From Schizochytrium sp. TIO01 (Eukaryota; Protista; Bigyra: Labyrinthulomycetes), in contig SMSO01000025.1 in assembly GCA_004764695.1 (NCBI GenBank), forward strand, positions 3,596,001 through 3,660,000: DNA of 64,000 bases, written 5' to 3'. The notes below the pieces were generated by a model. It was not told the origin of the DNA. It saw only the letters and a list, made by a program, of their open reading frames with translations, and made no database searches. The translations under genes were made by a program, and so were the position numbers. Position 1 is the first letter of the stretch. Each line of letters opens with the position of its first letter. Below, one piece after another: positions 37,001 through 50,900 of the stretch.

Positions 37001-40000
37001 CCGCTATTTAAAGGTTAGCAGCGCATTAAGATCATAGCATATCTGAGCTAGCCTACTACATTTTTTTTGTTTATTTTTCCAATTAAGAAGAAAGGATCTT
37101 TAAACACTTTTTTTTTAATTTAAAAAATATAATAAGCCCTTATAGGTGTTCTCTTGTATATAGTATTATGCACTTTCTAACAGACTTATATTTATTTTTC
37201 TTTTTGACGAAAAAGAAAATATTGATTTTTATTTTTTAACACAGGGAACTTTATAAGACCAACCGCCTATAAAGTCGACGCACACCATATGGGTGTAGGG
37301 AGATTTATGTATGGTATATGGCAAGTTCTGCAACAGCACACCAGCACACTGAGGTCTTTGTTTGAAGCGAGGCACTGAATGGCTAATTCATTTATAAACT
37401 TTCATAAATCAATTGCCAAACCTTCAGGATATCATTTTGATAGCGTTCTTTCCTTCACTAATACTGATTATGCTGACATTACGACCACTTAATTAATGTG
37501 GGTTACTCGTGGCGAAATTTAGAGCACCCCACTCACCACTTGTGCTAAATCAGTTTTCCTTTTCTACAGTTTCGGGGCATCTCTTATAGATGCACTACGG
37601 TGTACCAAGAAAAATTTCAACGAAGAGATATATTTGTTTACCAGGAACTTGGACAATTGTCAAAAAACATTCCAGATTTATACTCTCTTCGACTTCGCTT
37701 TCTTTAATTCTGCTGGGGATCATTGCCATACTAAAATTCACACATTTGGGTTAATCAGAAACATAAAACGGAACGAAAAGAAACCTAACTCATTATGCTA
37801 TTAGCACTTCAAACATTTGCTTACTACAAACTTTCCAATGGCCTGGAGAGCCACAACAACTTCTGAGATCAGAATTTCACAAGCTTTCAGATATGCTAGA
37901 AGCTCCTTAAACCTTATTACGACTTTAGAAGCGTTACACCAATTTGAGAAAACTTACTAAAGTGGTGAGCGTTGCTCAACATATTCTATTGCCTCACAAT
38001 TAAGGTATTTCTTTTCTTTTCTTTTTCTTAACCAATGCAATCAAATGCCATAATTTTTACTGAGAAAGAAAAAGAAAATGCTCCTCAAAGAATTAGAAGA
38101 GAGTGTTGCGTCAACGCATGTTTTGATGTGTATAAAAGGAACTCAGAGTCTGCTTTAACAGACAGATGATTTGAATTAGCACTTCAGCCAAGTCTCACAA
38201 TGCTAAGTCTCCCGGGAGAGCTTAGCGCTGGGTCATGCTAGTTCAAGTAATACGAACTTGAGGAAACGCCTAGCACAATTAAGCTAAATAAAAGTGAGGG
38301 TGAGGGCGGTATATTGTGCATGGTGTTTAATTCAAGAGCACATCCCGCCGGTGTAGACTACACTTTCTGTTACAATCCTTCTCCAATCAATTCTTTGTTC
38401 TTTGACCATGGGAAAGTTTTATGACCCGAAACAAGAGAAATAATTGATTGAAGTTTCTCCGTCGTAAAGTTCCAACGTATGGTCATCATTCCTCTATTCA
38501 AAATAAGTACTTTGTAAAACTCTTCGTATGTAAAGAAGCGTTTAAGCTTTGATCTGTATATCATTGGAGATATAGATTTGACTGCGAGCTGTCCTCTAGG
38601 AATACCCTTTGCTTAAGATCGCAAATCATACTTTGATAATTGTATTGCCTGCAAACGAGCAACTTCTAATTTCTCGAAGGACATTATACGTCACATCTGC
38701 ATTCCATGCTGAGGGATAGTATCTCGAAACCACATAGAAATAAATTGAGTCAACACGGCTAGTAGATTGGAATAATTATAGATGGTAGCAAGTTCACTCT
38801 TGCAAAATTTTCAACATTGTCAGAAGCAACTTTAACACAACAAACTTACCTAGAGTAAGGCTTCATCAACCTACTAGTATCATGATTTTAAAAGTTTGGT
38901 GCTCTTCGACGTCATTAATTTGGGCAGATGAAAGAATCGTCCAAATTCTACGGGCTGACCTAATGAGTTAAGTCTACAGATGAACAATTTTCATTCAAGT
39001 CAACAAAGAGTTACACTCTATTGTAACAGTTTCGTCGATCATTCGAGAAGGCTGTGTTAGATTCAGCGGGGTAGTACATCGAAGTACAGATAGGTGCATT
39101 AGCCCATTGTTTGATTGTTGAAAGAAAGTTTTAGACCGTACCTTTCTACCGTCACAACTATAACCTCTCAGTCTTTAGAAAAATAGTCTAACCAACTTTC
39201 TCTCTTCACATATTTTCCTTTTGAAAATTGTTATGTGCCTGAAACCCATCGCATGTAAAGCAGGGGATTTTCATCGGTACTTACATACATTCCCAGAGCA
39301 ACCTTGTCTACACTACAGGTAGAGTTGCCGTTGAAATGTGTTGTTTCATCAATAGTAAGAGAATTGATTGATTCTGCCTTTTCGATATGAACGTTTGAAT
39401 CTACCATGCGCTGACTCTCCTACACGAGAAGATGAAAGGCTTAGGTCTGAATAATACTTTAGAACCTCGCCTCCTTTCTCTATTATACAAATTTCTGTTG
39501 TTCTTCTATTGTCTTAGTCCCTTTATCGCAGAGCATGCTGACCAATTAAGGGCTACAATGTCGGGTGACAAAAACTATGAAACTTGTATTTGACTAGTGC
39601 CAACACTAACCTAAACAAATCTATTTAATGTATCTGAGATTGGTGAATAAAATTGCCTCTTTCTTTAAGTTCTTCCAGAACATTTTCTTAAGATGCAATT
39701 CCAATTAGTTGTCAAACCTTAAAGATGTTTCGTGGAAAGAAATATGCCAAATAGTTTTGGAAATGAGAGACTGAGCTATGAGTTAACGTTTTTGCTATGC
39801 GTTGACGTTGTTCACTAAATTCTTATCGCCGAGCAAGAAATTTTGAAAATACGTTTCGAAAATCATCGCTTGAATAAATCAGTACAACAGTTGCATACAG
39901 CCATATAGAAATCGTTAAGCATTCAAAGCCATTTGAGGAAAGATCAAATTATACATCAGTACGACGTATAAACGCGAATAATGAAGGCAGGTCTATCTCT

Positions 40001-43000
40001 TTGTTTAAGATTAATTAAAAATGAACTTCTTGATTTCTGGAAGGGGCTACACAGAATTAAAATATGTAGCAGTCTGGTCGCTAGCCTGTTTCTTTTTTAA
40101 TTAACACACTGAAATGCGACCACACGCTCAATTCATGTCCATTTTCAACTCAAGCCGGTGTCAATAAACATGGTTGTATTAAGCAACTCAATCATCTACT
40201 CTCTTTTGATTGCGGTGTTTAAAATATATGGTATTTGAACTATTGAAATCGTTAGAACAAAGACAATTCTACAACAGTTCTAACTTGCAAAGAAAGTAAA
40301 ATCACAAAATGTATGCGTTGAAGTCCAAAGGTTGAGAGAGGCATTTAAATGCATGCGTAAATTACTTCTAGGTATTGATGCTGCCGGGCGTACTCTCTGC
40401 TCTCAAAGAAAACGTCTAAATTTTCAAACATTGATTTCAAGATTAACAAAGTATGGTGAGATTCTCCTTTATTGGACCGCCATGAACTATCAGCCATGGA
40501 TTAAATGATAACCTAACTCTGCTTTTACTCCTTATAATTATCAGATGTATTGGCCTACCCAGATTGGACGGAAGTAGGAGACTTAAGATAACCAGATAAG
40601 TTAAAATCGTAGTTGTGCACGTACTTTTCAAAACGGACCATGCAATCTTGAATGCTAAAAGTAGAAATTGATTAAACTCATACTATGGTTCCAAATTTCT
40701 TTGCTGCAGCCCCCAGTAGGAGGGCCCTTTGCAGTTCTTACCTACCTATTCTATGTTGAACTTCTCTCGCCTAAATTGGAGTGTGTCCGTCCGCTTTTTA
40801 TATTCTCGTTTGCTCAATAATTGCTCGGACCCATTGACCCCGTCCGACATAAGACTGTTCTAACACTTATTAGTCTACGACCCTGCTCGTCAGAGCGACA
40901 TAAGTGCTGAACCATGCTCGTGCTGACGACGGTGCAGAGTTCACACTCAGCGGATCTTGGTGCTCGTTGAAATCTTGAATATTCTTTCTAATTAAAGTTT
41001 TCTCTTGGTGTCAGTATTGTTTAAAATTAATCAGGCAATTGTTGAGGTAGAAGGTAGAATTAAAAAGGACCAAGGTTAACCCTTAAAGGAACTTTCTAGA
41101 TTCTTCATCCTTGAATCTATACATATATATATAGAAAAGAAACAATGTAAGGATGTTTGTGGATAGGTGGTGCTAAAAGAAGAAGTGTACACTTTTAATT
41201 TGCAAGATGACAAATCCTTGAAAAACCCAACCATCTTTTTCTTGCCTTCTCCTGCGGCGAGACCACCACCTGAAGCTGGAGTTACTATGAGAAGCATGAA
41301 CTGTACCGAACAGCTTGCACTTGCAGTCAAACGATTATAGCTGGCTGAAAATTGAGGCCATAACAAAATTCGTATGAAAATTCTGCCGAGCAATATTGGC
41401 TGTATTTTCAGCGTGCAGAACAACCATTAAAGAGAGTTGCCTCTGACTGCACGAACCAAGAATTCACGGCACGGGATGATTTTTTTGAGTTTTATCGAAT
41501 ACCTTCGTCACTAGTTGCTACCCAGCTTGCCGAGATTGTGTTGGTGTTTGTTTCTTTCCCTTAATTTGAATGGTTATTTAGTGTGTACCTAGGTATTGCC
41601 AGTGGCAGCCCATATTTGGGGGGTCTCCCTAAAGATTCTGTCGAGAAAGCCTTAAAACGTGAGGAGGTCTTTGGAACATTAAAATTAAGACACATTGGTT
41701 CATCAAATCGCTCGTAGTATATAGATGATTTATAGGTCACGCGACTGCGCTCACTATAATAATATCACCCAAAGGAAACCATACGAACTTCAAATATCTA
41801 AACATTTCGCTCAGTCGATACGTTAGATATTTCTGCAGAGGCCACAATGTTTCCTTGGTGTGTTACTTAATTCTTTTGTGTTTGTACGCACTGCTTTTAT
41901 TAAAAAAAGATTCAGAGGAAAATAAAAAACATTTCATTAGATGTTTAGAGCTTCTATTCTAGAGATGGATGGTACTGTCAATAAAGTGCAAGGTATATTT
42001 GCATTAGGATTTTGAGTTGAAGTACAATTCTCTTTCTCAGCCTTTGTCTGATGCCAATAATTTGATGATGACAAACACAGAAAATAGAACCAGGACCTTT
42101 TTAAAATAAAGATCTGACTTTCTGTTGAATTGCATACTTCATCGAATCCAATACCTCAGCCTCCTCTAAAGCTGAAACATTTCTCTGCCATCCATTTTGA
42201 GATACCAACAATAATATGAAGTGCAAAGCAAACGCTGTTGCTTTGTGCCTTTTGATACTTTAAAGTACGCATATATCCAGATTCTGGGCATGTATGTTTC
42301 TCAATTTTCAGATTCTGCTTTCGCGATGCCACAAAATTCAAATCAGGTCGCCAGATCGTATTGTCAGAGAGATACATACTTTTCATTTATATCAGAGCCC
42401 TGTCGCAAATGTAATTTACATTATTTACGCCTCCAATCATCTTTACGATATTAAAAAGGTATGAAATCGAAGTAAACGTCCTCGATTTAATGCATTAGTT
42501 TAGCCGAACTATAGCTCGGGTCTGTACAGACTTGTAACCTCCAGCAGAATACTGATGATGAGAACGAACTATTAGAGCACGATCAAACGCTATTCCCATT
42601 TCCAGGTAGTTCGGTCGATAAGTTTAAGCGCTTATTAGTGGGAGGTTTTGAACATGATTACATCTCTCAAGTTCAACTTCTGCTGAAAAATGAATCGGGT
42701 CAGCCAGGGCTTGACATGAAGACGAAGGCAAAAGCTCTCATTAAGGGTTTAAGAAGGCTTGGAAATTTTGGCTTTAAGAAGTCACGACCTGATGTCCTTG
42801 GACAGAGTAGTTCGTGTCGTATTTAGGATCCGAAGACACACCTTATCTGTCTCAGACAAAATTGGCGATGCTAATTTAATTCGTCTCTTCATCTTTCAAT
42901 CCAGATTTTGCCATACTTGACTCAAGGAGATATGTATGTACACATTGATGCATGACTTCTCAACCACGCAAGTCTGGTTGTCTAGTTTTGGCCCAATTCC

Positions 43001-45128
43001 TAGATCATTAAGGTCCTATCTCACAAGGGAATGCGTAGAGTTCTGTCAAATTATTCATTAGTTCTTTCAATTAAAGATCTAAACACTTTTGGATGCATCC
43101 TCCCAAGAAATGGAGTTGCTTCAATCCTTTAGGCTTTGATATTTTCTAAAATCGCCAAGGTCTTATTTAACTCATTAACCCCTCAAGCCAATTAATTGGT
43201 GGACAAAAGAAGAAGACCACAGATAACGAATCTTCATTCCATTGCACATATAGTTCTGCCACTCATCAATATGAACATTTTGAGGATGAACACAATGATT
43301 AAGACCCGTTGTTGCATGTACTGCTAAATTCAAAGGAAGCACTGCGCTTCTTATATTTAATATTTTTCCGCTTGGAGGTATGCAAATTGTTTGACTAGGA
43401 TGCTGGATTACAAACACGATTTAAACTTTCTATCTCAAACCGTCACCAATTAATATAATGTCGAATAGGATATCAAACACAAGGAACGCACTAAGACTAG
43501 TCAATTTGAATTCAGGGCTCGAATAACCTAGACTTTGGGTGTGGTTAAATTTCTCACTAAAGGAACTAGCAGCCGAGATATTGCTAAGAATTTTCGCGAC
43601 ATATTGTAAGCTTTCATGAATTTAGTAGTTACATAAGATCCGAACCGGGTAATCAATTACGCGGTTGGGAACTTAAGATACATGAGAACTGCATTCGCTG
43701 GAATTATGTATGGCGGGATCTGGGATAATCGATGAAGAGATAAGCTAACCTAAGAAGTTTAATTCCGTCAAGTACAGGTTATTATGTCTTGGTTTTCATA
43801 CGGTGACATGAACGCGTCTGTCCTGTAATGACTTTCCGGAGATAGCAGATCAGTAAATCTTACAGCTAAAGCTTATCAAGCATTTCTCAAACCGCTTGCC
43901 TTCATCTTCATTCGGTAACCTCTAGCTTACCAAATTCATCTTTCGGCAGGGTGTAAGTAACAACTCTCAACGAGTCATCTTTTGCATAGTACAAGTTATG
44001 TTCATGCCTAGTTGTAAGTCGTGGTCTAGTAAGCTAGGATATGGCTGATGAGATGCAGACAAGTTGTTCAGATTTACTTAAAGAAGGCTTCCAGAAATAT
44101 TTATATAGTTCTGCTGTGGAGATAGTGATCTGCTGACTCTGGGAAGGATTCCGACTAGCGGAGATGCATATAGGATTTAGGAGACAGGCATCATTTGAAT
44201 TACGGCGCGGAACTAAAGAGATTAGAATTGACCTGCCTTGCCAAAGATTTCTCTTATCTGTTTTGGAATGCGGATATCAGTGATTCTGTGATCTCGAAAT
44301 CCTCATTTTTGAATCATATTTTAGCACCAAAGGTCTGGTACATCAGACATTCTACCCATGGCATGCTCGTGATCTTATCAATGCCTGCTGACAAAGCTCA
44401 GAAGTTCGCATTCTACGCGTCGCCGGTTAATTTTGATGACAACTATTGTACCATCCGCAAATAAAGCACTGCTATTTTTTCGGTACGGTGCTTCAATGAA
44501 GTAAATTAATGACTCAACCGATTATTCATAGATGGTTGCGTAAACCTGTCAATATCATCTATAGGAATTAGCAAAAATGAGAAAAGAGACATAATGGTTG
44601 TATGATAGTAAATAGAAATGTAGATAAAGAGATCGGTGGAACACAGGGTAGGTTGATAAGCGTAAAGATATTCAACAAGCCTTGAATCTTTATAGCTAGG
44701 GCGGCAGCCATCGCTAGGAAGATATTCAATAAAAGCATGTACACAACTCGAATTCATGCCAACGAATTGATAGAAAGGAAAGTTTCACAGAATAGTATTG
44801 GTTCAGGCTTGTCACACCTCTCCAAGCATATCCCTAAAGGTAGAAGTTGTTGCCAACTAGATACACAGAAACAGCGTAGAGAAAAGAGGAGAATGGTATC
44901 ACATAGCATAACATCAGCGGCATAAGAACAGCCCAGTGACATGAAGTATATCACGTGAGCTGCTCTGTAGCTCGCAGTTATAGTATCTCGTAGGGCTATG
45001 AACCAATTCAAACATTGTAGACATGCCCTAAATTCTTTGATAGTAGAGCATTGCAGCTTGTCCAAATGTCGAAGTGTGGCGAAGACAATACAAACGAGAG
45101 AAAATTGCGTTGGGCAATGCCAAAGGAC

Positions 45129-46028
45129 TTACGGGTTGGTAAGCTCACTAAGGTCAATGTTAGGATTTGCTACCAGCTTTGCCACTGCACGGTCATAAGC
45201 AAGTTTTGCCTCCATTTCGTTCTTGTAATAGCCGACGTGCTTACGGCGGCCACGAATCTTAATTTGCGCTACCCAACGCTGCGTGCGCTTGTACCAGCAA
45301 ACTCCGCGATACTGAGAGGTCAAAATACGTGGCACGGGGTTTCCATCACTTGCAGATGAGGCTCGGACGCGGCGCGATTTTGTCGCACGACGTGATTTCA
45401 CTTGGCCTTTCTTTCGCTTAGTAGACCGTGATGTTTTCTTAGATGATGAAGTTGAGCTTGACGGCTTGTAGTCTTCATCATCCTCATCAGCATCTGTATT
45501 GTCATTGTCACTCTCAAAAATGAGATCATAAAAGTTCGAAGAGTGCTTCTGCTTAAGCTCGGTGCAGGTGTCCACCCACTCGGCTTGTGCTTCAAATGCT
45601 CCATGGTTGACATAGCCCTCGGTATAGTGATCTGTTGCAAGGCTGCTTGATCGTGGGGATGACATGTCAGTCGTGAAGTCACTATGCGGTGAGGCAGGAA
45701 CACCAAAGTCTCCAGAGCCAGGTGCTTGGTATTGCTCGTTGTAATGTACGATAGTCTGCTGCTGCTGCTGCTGCTGAATGCCGTGCACCACCTGGCTCTC
45801 GTTGTTGCTAAAGAAGAATTCTTCGTCTTCGATACCATGGAATGAATTGATCAGCAACATATCTTCTTGGTTCAAGTGAGCATGCATCGGTTGCTGCATT
45901 TCCTCAAACACTGGGGCTGCTGCCGGGGTAGGTGCCGATGTATCGAACCACATGCCAAAGTCGCCCTCAAAAGCAAAGCCATTGTTGGTGTATTCCGGCA
46001 TATGCTGCTCCACTTGCTGGTGCATCAT
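45129..46028 (-). CDS. AP2/ERF-domain transcription factor 2 (ApiAP2-like), paralog of 22899..23636
   Basis: TSQYRGVCWYKRTQRWVAQIKIRGRRKHVGYYKNEMEAKLAYDRAV AP2 domain; poly-Q; acidic tract; basic NLS-like KKTSRSTKRKK. Confidence 0.92.
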   Translation of the reverse strand: MMHQQVEQHMPEYTNNGFAFEGDFGMWFDTSAPTPAAAPVFEEMQQPMHAHLNQEDMLLINSFHGIEDEEFFFSNNESQVVHGIQQQQQQQTIVHYNEQYQAPGSGDFGVPASPHSDFTTDMSSPRSSSLATDHYTEGYVNHGAFEAQAEWVDTCTELKQKHSSNFYDLIFESDNDNTDADEDDEDYKPSSSTSSSKKTSRSTKRKKGQVKSRRATKSRRVRASSASDGNPVPRILTSQYRGVCWYKRTQRWVAQIKIRGRRKHVGYYKNEMEAKLAYDRAVAKLVANPNIDLSELTNP

Positions 46029-46240
46029 GATTGTTGCTTCTCCGTGTGAATTCCGGATTTGCTTTGCAAGAGTTCTGTTATTGCTTCTTACAATCTGTTT
46101 TACGCCAATCGCTTAATGAATTCAGGATGGTCGCAATGAGGCGCACTGACTGAGCAGGGGACTTCCTAAAAGACCCAAAAGATCAAGAAAAGATCCCAAG
46201 GTCAAAACAGTCCGCTCGATCCGGCGATCGGCAGCCCAAG

Positions 46241-46253
46241 TATATATATATAG
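46241..46253 (-). promoter_or_regulatory. TATA-like (TA)n box upstream of AP2 gene 2
   Basis: TATATATATATAG embedded in GC-rich DNA about 210 bp upstream of the ATG. Confidence 0.4.
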
Positions 46254-46700
46254 ATGGCCACACGCACCACAAATAAAGATCGCAGCTGTCCCGTGTATTT
46301 TAGGCGTAGGCACGCGCGTGTCCGTGAAAATCACGGTCGCCTTGCAGTCCTAATCAGTGGAGGCTTCTCTCTCCTCTATCCTCGTGCCTGGCACGATTCG
46401 CTCGAGTTAGGGTGGTGTTTACGCTAGATTCCCTGCGACCTTGGGTGTCTGCTGCGCCTCTTTAGCGTCCTCCAACGCGTCGATGTGTGCCCGCCAACGA
46501 TGGATGCTCAAGCAGGCTCCACCACACGCCTCTCTCTGCAACGCAATGAATTCGCGCAGACTCGATCGCAATGTAATGCAATAAATGCAATAAATGCAGT
46601 GCTAATGCGGCAGTGTAATCCCCTAAACACAACACTGCGTATCAGTTCTTTCTCCACTTTAAATAAGCTTGCGTCTGTTCGTGCTGCGGTCGACTTGAAT

Positions 46701-46862
46701 GAAACAAATAAACAAATAAACAAACAAATATAAACAAACAATCCAGCCACTTAGCAGAAAAATAAGTAGTCTTTTCGCTTGCTCGCTTGCTTGCTTGCTT
46801 GCTTGCTTGCTTCTGCGCCGCTTCGTCTGTCTCGCAACGGGCTGTTTCTTGGTTGCTTGCTT
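46701..46862. repeat. (AAAC/AAAT)n and (GCTT)n microsatellites upstream of AP2 gene 2
   Basis: Tandem 4-mers seen directly. Confidence 0.8.
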
Positions 46863-47369
46863 TCTTAGTTTCTCCTTTGCTAAGGCAGGCCGGCTCGAGC
46901 TCGAGTTCGAGGTTTGCTGCATCTCGCTTCGCGCCGGTGTCTTCTGCTGCTAAAGTCTTCTTACTTAGCGTTCTTTCCCTTTCTCTCTACTCCCTGGTAC
47001 CCTTCTTGCTAGGTTACTGCTAGCTCGCTGTCTACCTGGTTGGTAGAGGTACCTATGTGGCCCTTTTGGAAAAACATGTCAGGACTTTAAAATAAAGAAA
47101 ATAAAATGAAATGTTTTTCCTCTCTCACCTCCCGTCGTGAGAAGCCCTCGGAATACCTGCAGGGGCTGCCAGGTGCTTGAAATTCGACACTTCTTCTTTC
47201 CCCTCGACACCTCTCAGAGGTGCCGTTACTCGAGTGGATGGATGGATTGCTACTCGAGCTCAGGCTACGTATTTTTCCATACTCCTCCGTTCGTATGAAA
47301 CTGATAGCTATTATCATTCTATTTCAAAAACAAACAATAATAAACATTTGTTTTTAATATTTATTTATT

Positions 47370-47394
47370 AAAAAAAAAAAAAAAAAAAAAAAAA
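47370..47394. repeat. Poly(A) run
   Basis: Homopolymer of about 25 nt. Confidence 0.9.
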
Positions 47395-50300
47395 GGAGAG
47401 AAAAAACGTTTTCAAGCAGATGAAATAACTTGGAATGAAACAATCAAATTAAAAAAAAAATGTCAACTTGAAACATTAGAACAGAAGATAAAAACAACAT
47501 TGCATCGCAATGGCCATCTCGATCTTGAAGATCTCGAGACCATGTCTCGCCCCTCCTCTTTCACAGCAAGGTCTCTGAGGTGGCGGCCAAGATCGCGTCC
47601 GGCCGGCAGCCCTTGACGACGCTACCCTCATCTTTTCGGGTCCAGCGAGCTGGCCTCAGGGTCCTTCCCATGGATGGATCGAGAGATTGCATTGACCTCA
47701 CTCGAAAAAATCTTCTTTCGAAACGTTCTCCTTTTTCCTGGCGAGCATCTTTCTATTTATCTATCTAATTAATTATCTATTTATCTATCTATCTATTCAT
47801 TCATCTATCTCATCACAACCACTGTCCACAAATCGCTTTCGATTCGCCCTCGAGGCAAATCAAATCGCAGACCGCAGACCGCATACGCAGCCGCCTTTGG
47901 CTCTTGAAAACACAACCTCAGCGAAGGCCGTCGATCAGACGCTCGTGGAGTCCGCTCATCGGCACGAGCTCTTCATTCAAGACATGCGCAGTGCTTATCG
48001 TAAAAGCGCGAAGAGCTCAAGCTCGTTAAAAGAATTCTTCCTCTGCCTGCTACCTTTGCGCCAGCTTTCTCGCGCCTCTTCGCGCCCCTTTCGAAGAGCG
48101 CCTGAGGCTCCTCTGACAGCCCTCACCAGTCCCCAGCCCTAATCGCCTCCTGTAATCTCTGAAGGAGATAACTCTGATTTTTGAAGGTTTGCATCTTTTT
48201 AATTTGTTTTTAATTTTAAATTAAATTAAATTAAATAATTATAATAATTTAATTAATTAATTAATTAAAGAGCAGATGGTTGTTCATAAACGGAAGTTGG
48301 TTCTTTCTTTCTTTCTTTCTTCAATGAAGAGTTTTAAAAAGTTGTATGATCAGAGCCTTGACCGGCGAAGGTGATTGATTCATGCACTCGAGGAAACTCG
48401 TTCCGGGGTCAGAGATTGGAAACCGATTTCATTGGCGATCTTCTCTTCTATTGTTCTCTCTTCTTTTCGTTGGACGTGCTCGAAACGCCGCTTTTCAGCA
48501 GCCTGACTCGGCTGTTTTGGTTTGCTTTGCTTTGGTTTGCTTTGGTTTGCTCTGCTTATTTATTCATCTGCTCATCTGCTTTGTCCCGAAGTCGGAGCAG
48601 GCCGGTCAAAAAAAGAGTTCTTCCCCGTTCCGTTTCTTATTGCTCTTTTCAAAAATAACCAGGATGGAAAGAAATCATAATAGAAAGGAACACTTTGAAT
48701 ATAATACTGACTTTCCATTTCCTATTTTAATTCTATTTTCAATAATTATTTTCAAATAAAAAATAAAGAAATAAATAAGCAGAGCAGCATTCGTTGTTCA
48801 CAACTATGAGAGCTGCAGATCACTGTAGATATCTTCGTTTGCAGTTGCAGCTTCGCAGAGATAAGGCCGTTGACTTGAGTTGGTGGCGTGACTGCTTCAT
48901 TTCCATGCTTCATTTCCATTCTCAACAAGAGATCATAACAGCCGCTCCAAGAATGGTAGTCTCTTCTTTTCCCCATTTATTTCCAATGGTTCATTCATTT
49001 CATTCCACCATTCCATCCATTTATTATCCGCCCGCCTCGAGCTGCTTGAGCAGTCGAGTTGAGCGCTATCGAATTCAACCCCACTGACTTCAATCAACCC
49101 TATCGAATTCGCCTCACAGGAATCAATCGAATGGACTGAATTGGAGTGGAATGAATTGAAATGGAATGGAATAGTGTGGTCGTTCCGCTACAACTCGTTC
49201 AACTCCGTCCAAATCCTGACTAAACTCAGGTCTCCGGAACCGCACAGGACCTCTCGCGGAACCCCTCTCAGCCCTCCCCAGTGCGACACAGGGTATGCGT
49301 CCCCGAAAGCTTTCCGCCGGCAAGATGAAATCGCTCAATCTCTCGCACGATGCGCGGCGGCCTGCGCTCCGGGAGGCAGAGACAGCTCGGAGCGAGGCGG
49401 TGCCAGGCCGGAGCTGCGTTCCACGACCGCCCGAGCTCGACTTGAGGGCCCACGAGGACGCCAGCAGCGAGAAGGGCCATTTTTGCTATTATGCAGACGG
49501 CAGCGCCCGGCCGGTCAAAATAGCACCAAAGTGCGCAGGAGCAGCCTGCCAAAAAGGAGCGACATTTTCATCTTTTTTTAATTCAAGAGGTTTATTGAAA
49601 ACGCTTTGACAACGATAGGAAGAAAAAGGGAGCATTCTTTTAGTTTACAGGGGATGCATTGTGTATCTATCTATCTATTTATCTATCTATATGTCGTAGT
49701 TAGTTATTCTGTCCAAGAGCAAAGTTTGTTGCTTGTAAATATATATTTACAATAATCCAATTTTGACAAGCAACGTTTTAATAAATTTTTAGTAAAGCAT
49801 AGGAGTCACGGTACCTGTCGCATAAAGGGAAGTTGAGAACTAAAGAAGGGCAGCAATGGAAATAAAACAAGTCACCGTGGCATTATTCATGCATGGCGGC
49901 GTTATTTATGTTGAGCTTCTATTTCAGAGTCGTAAGAAAATCCTATTGTTTTAGAAATGTAAGATCTTGTGATGCCATTTTGCCGTGTTGGTGCAATAAA
50001 TGTGAAACCCCGATTTAGAGATCCGACTGATGATTTATGTGCAGGCCCAGGCTGCATTGCCGGTGCTCAGATACTTCATTGACCAATCGTAGGATACTGA
50101 GCCCCGCCTGAAATCTTTCTGAGATGGATTTCCATGAAGCAGAAATGGATCGTTTCGACGAGATGCTCAAAGGCCTTCTTCCTAAGACTGCTCCGCTACT
50201 ACGATCAAAATCCCCTGATTTGGTCATATCTAGCTTTGTCAAAAGTCGCGTATCATCACAAATATCCCAATTCTATGAAGTTGATCATCATCCACGAAGT

Positions 50301-50866
50301 GTCTGCAACCTTACAAACCCTGAGATGGCAGATTTCAAGGGACCTTGGCGGCACCAAAAATTGCCAATACTACCATCATTATCATGACCGCTGTACATCA
50401 TCGTGATCGTAACAAACAACCACCCGGCAGGACGACGATAAGACTCACATGGTGCACAACAAAAGTGCCCTTGATCAAGGCTGTCTGACTGAATCGCCTT
50501 GCAACCCTTATTAGCTTGCGGAATATATTTTAGTTCGAAGTGCCATTTCAATTTAACTTCGAAGACTGCTGAAGGTAGCTTTAAGCTTTGATGACGGTCG
50601 TTTCAAAGGCTGCCGCGTCAGGGAACCGCTCAATCATTCAAAATGTCTAATAACCAGCCAGCCAGCCAGCCAGCCAAAGGAAAATGAAGACAACCGAGTG
50701 CACAAGTGCGCGCTGCAGAATACCTAAGAAACAGCCGCAGGTCCTGAAGGTCCGACCAGCTTCAACTTGAAGGCCCAGGGGTTGATGAGACTAAGTGGTT
50801 GACGTTCTCTCGCACTCGGCACATCGTGGATACGGCTATTCCGGAAAGCGAGCTGATTGTCACTGG

Positions 50867-50900
50867 GAAGAAGAAGAAGAAGAAGAAGAAGAAGAAGAAA
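50867..50900. repeat. (GAA)n microsatellite
   Basis: Seen directly. Confidence 0.9.

Noticed and set aside
50270-50440. HNH-like peptides (EVDHHP; VHHRDRNK / NNHP across a frameshift), tempting because HNH-AP2 endonucleases exist
   Set aside because: Needs a frameshift, lacks the following NL, and lies on the opposite strand 4 kb from AP2-2. Likely chance unless a profile search says otherwise.
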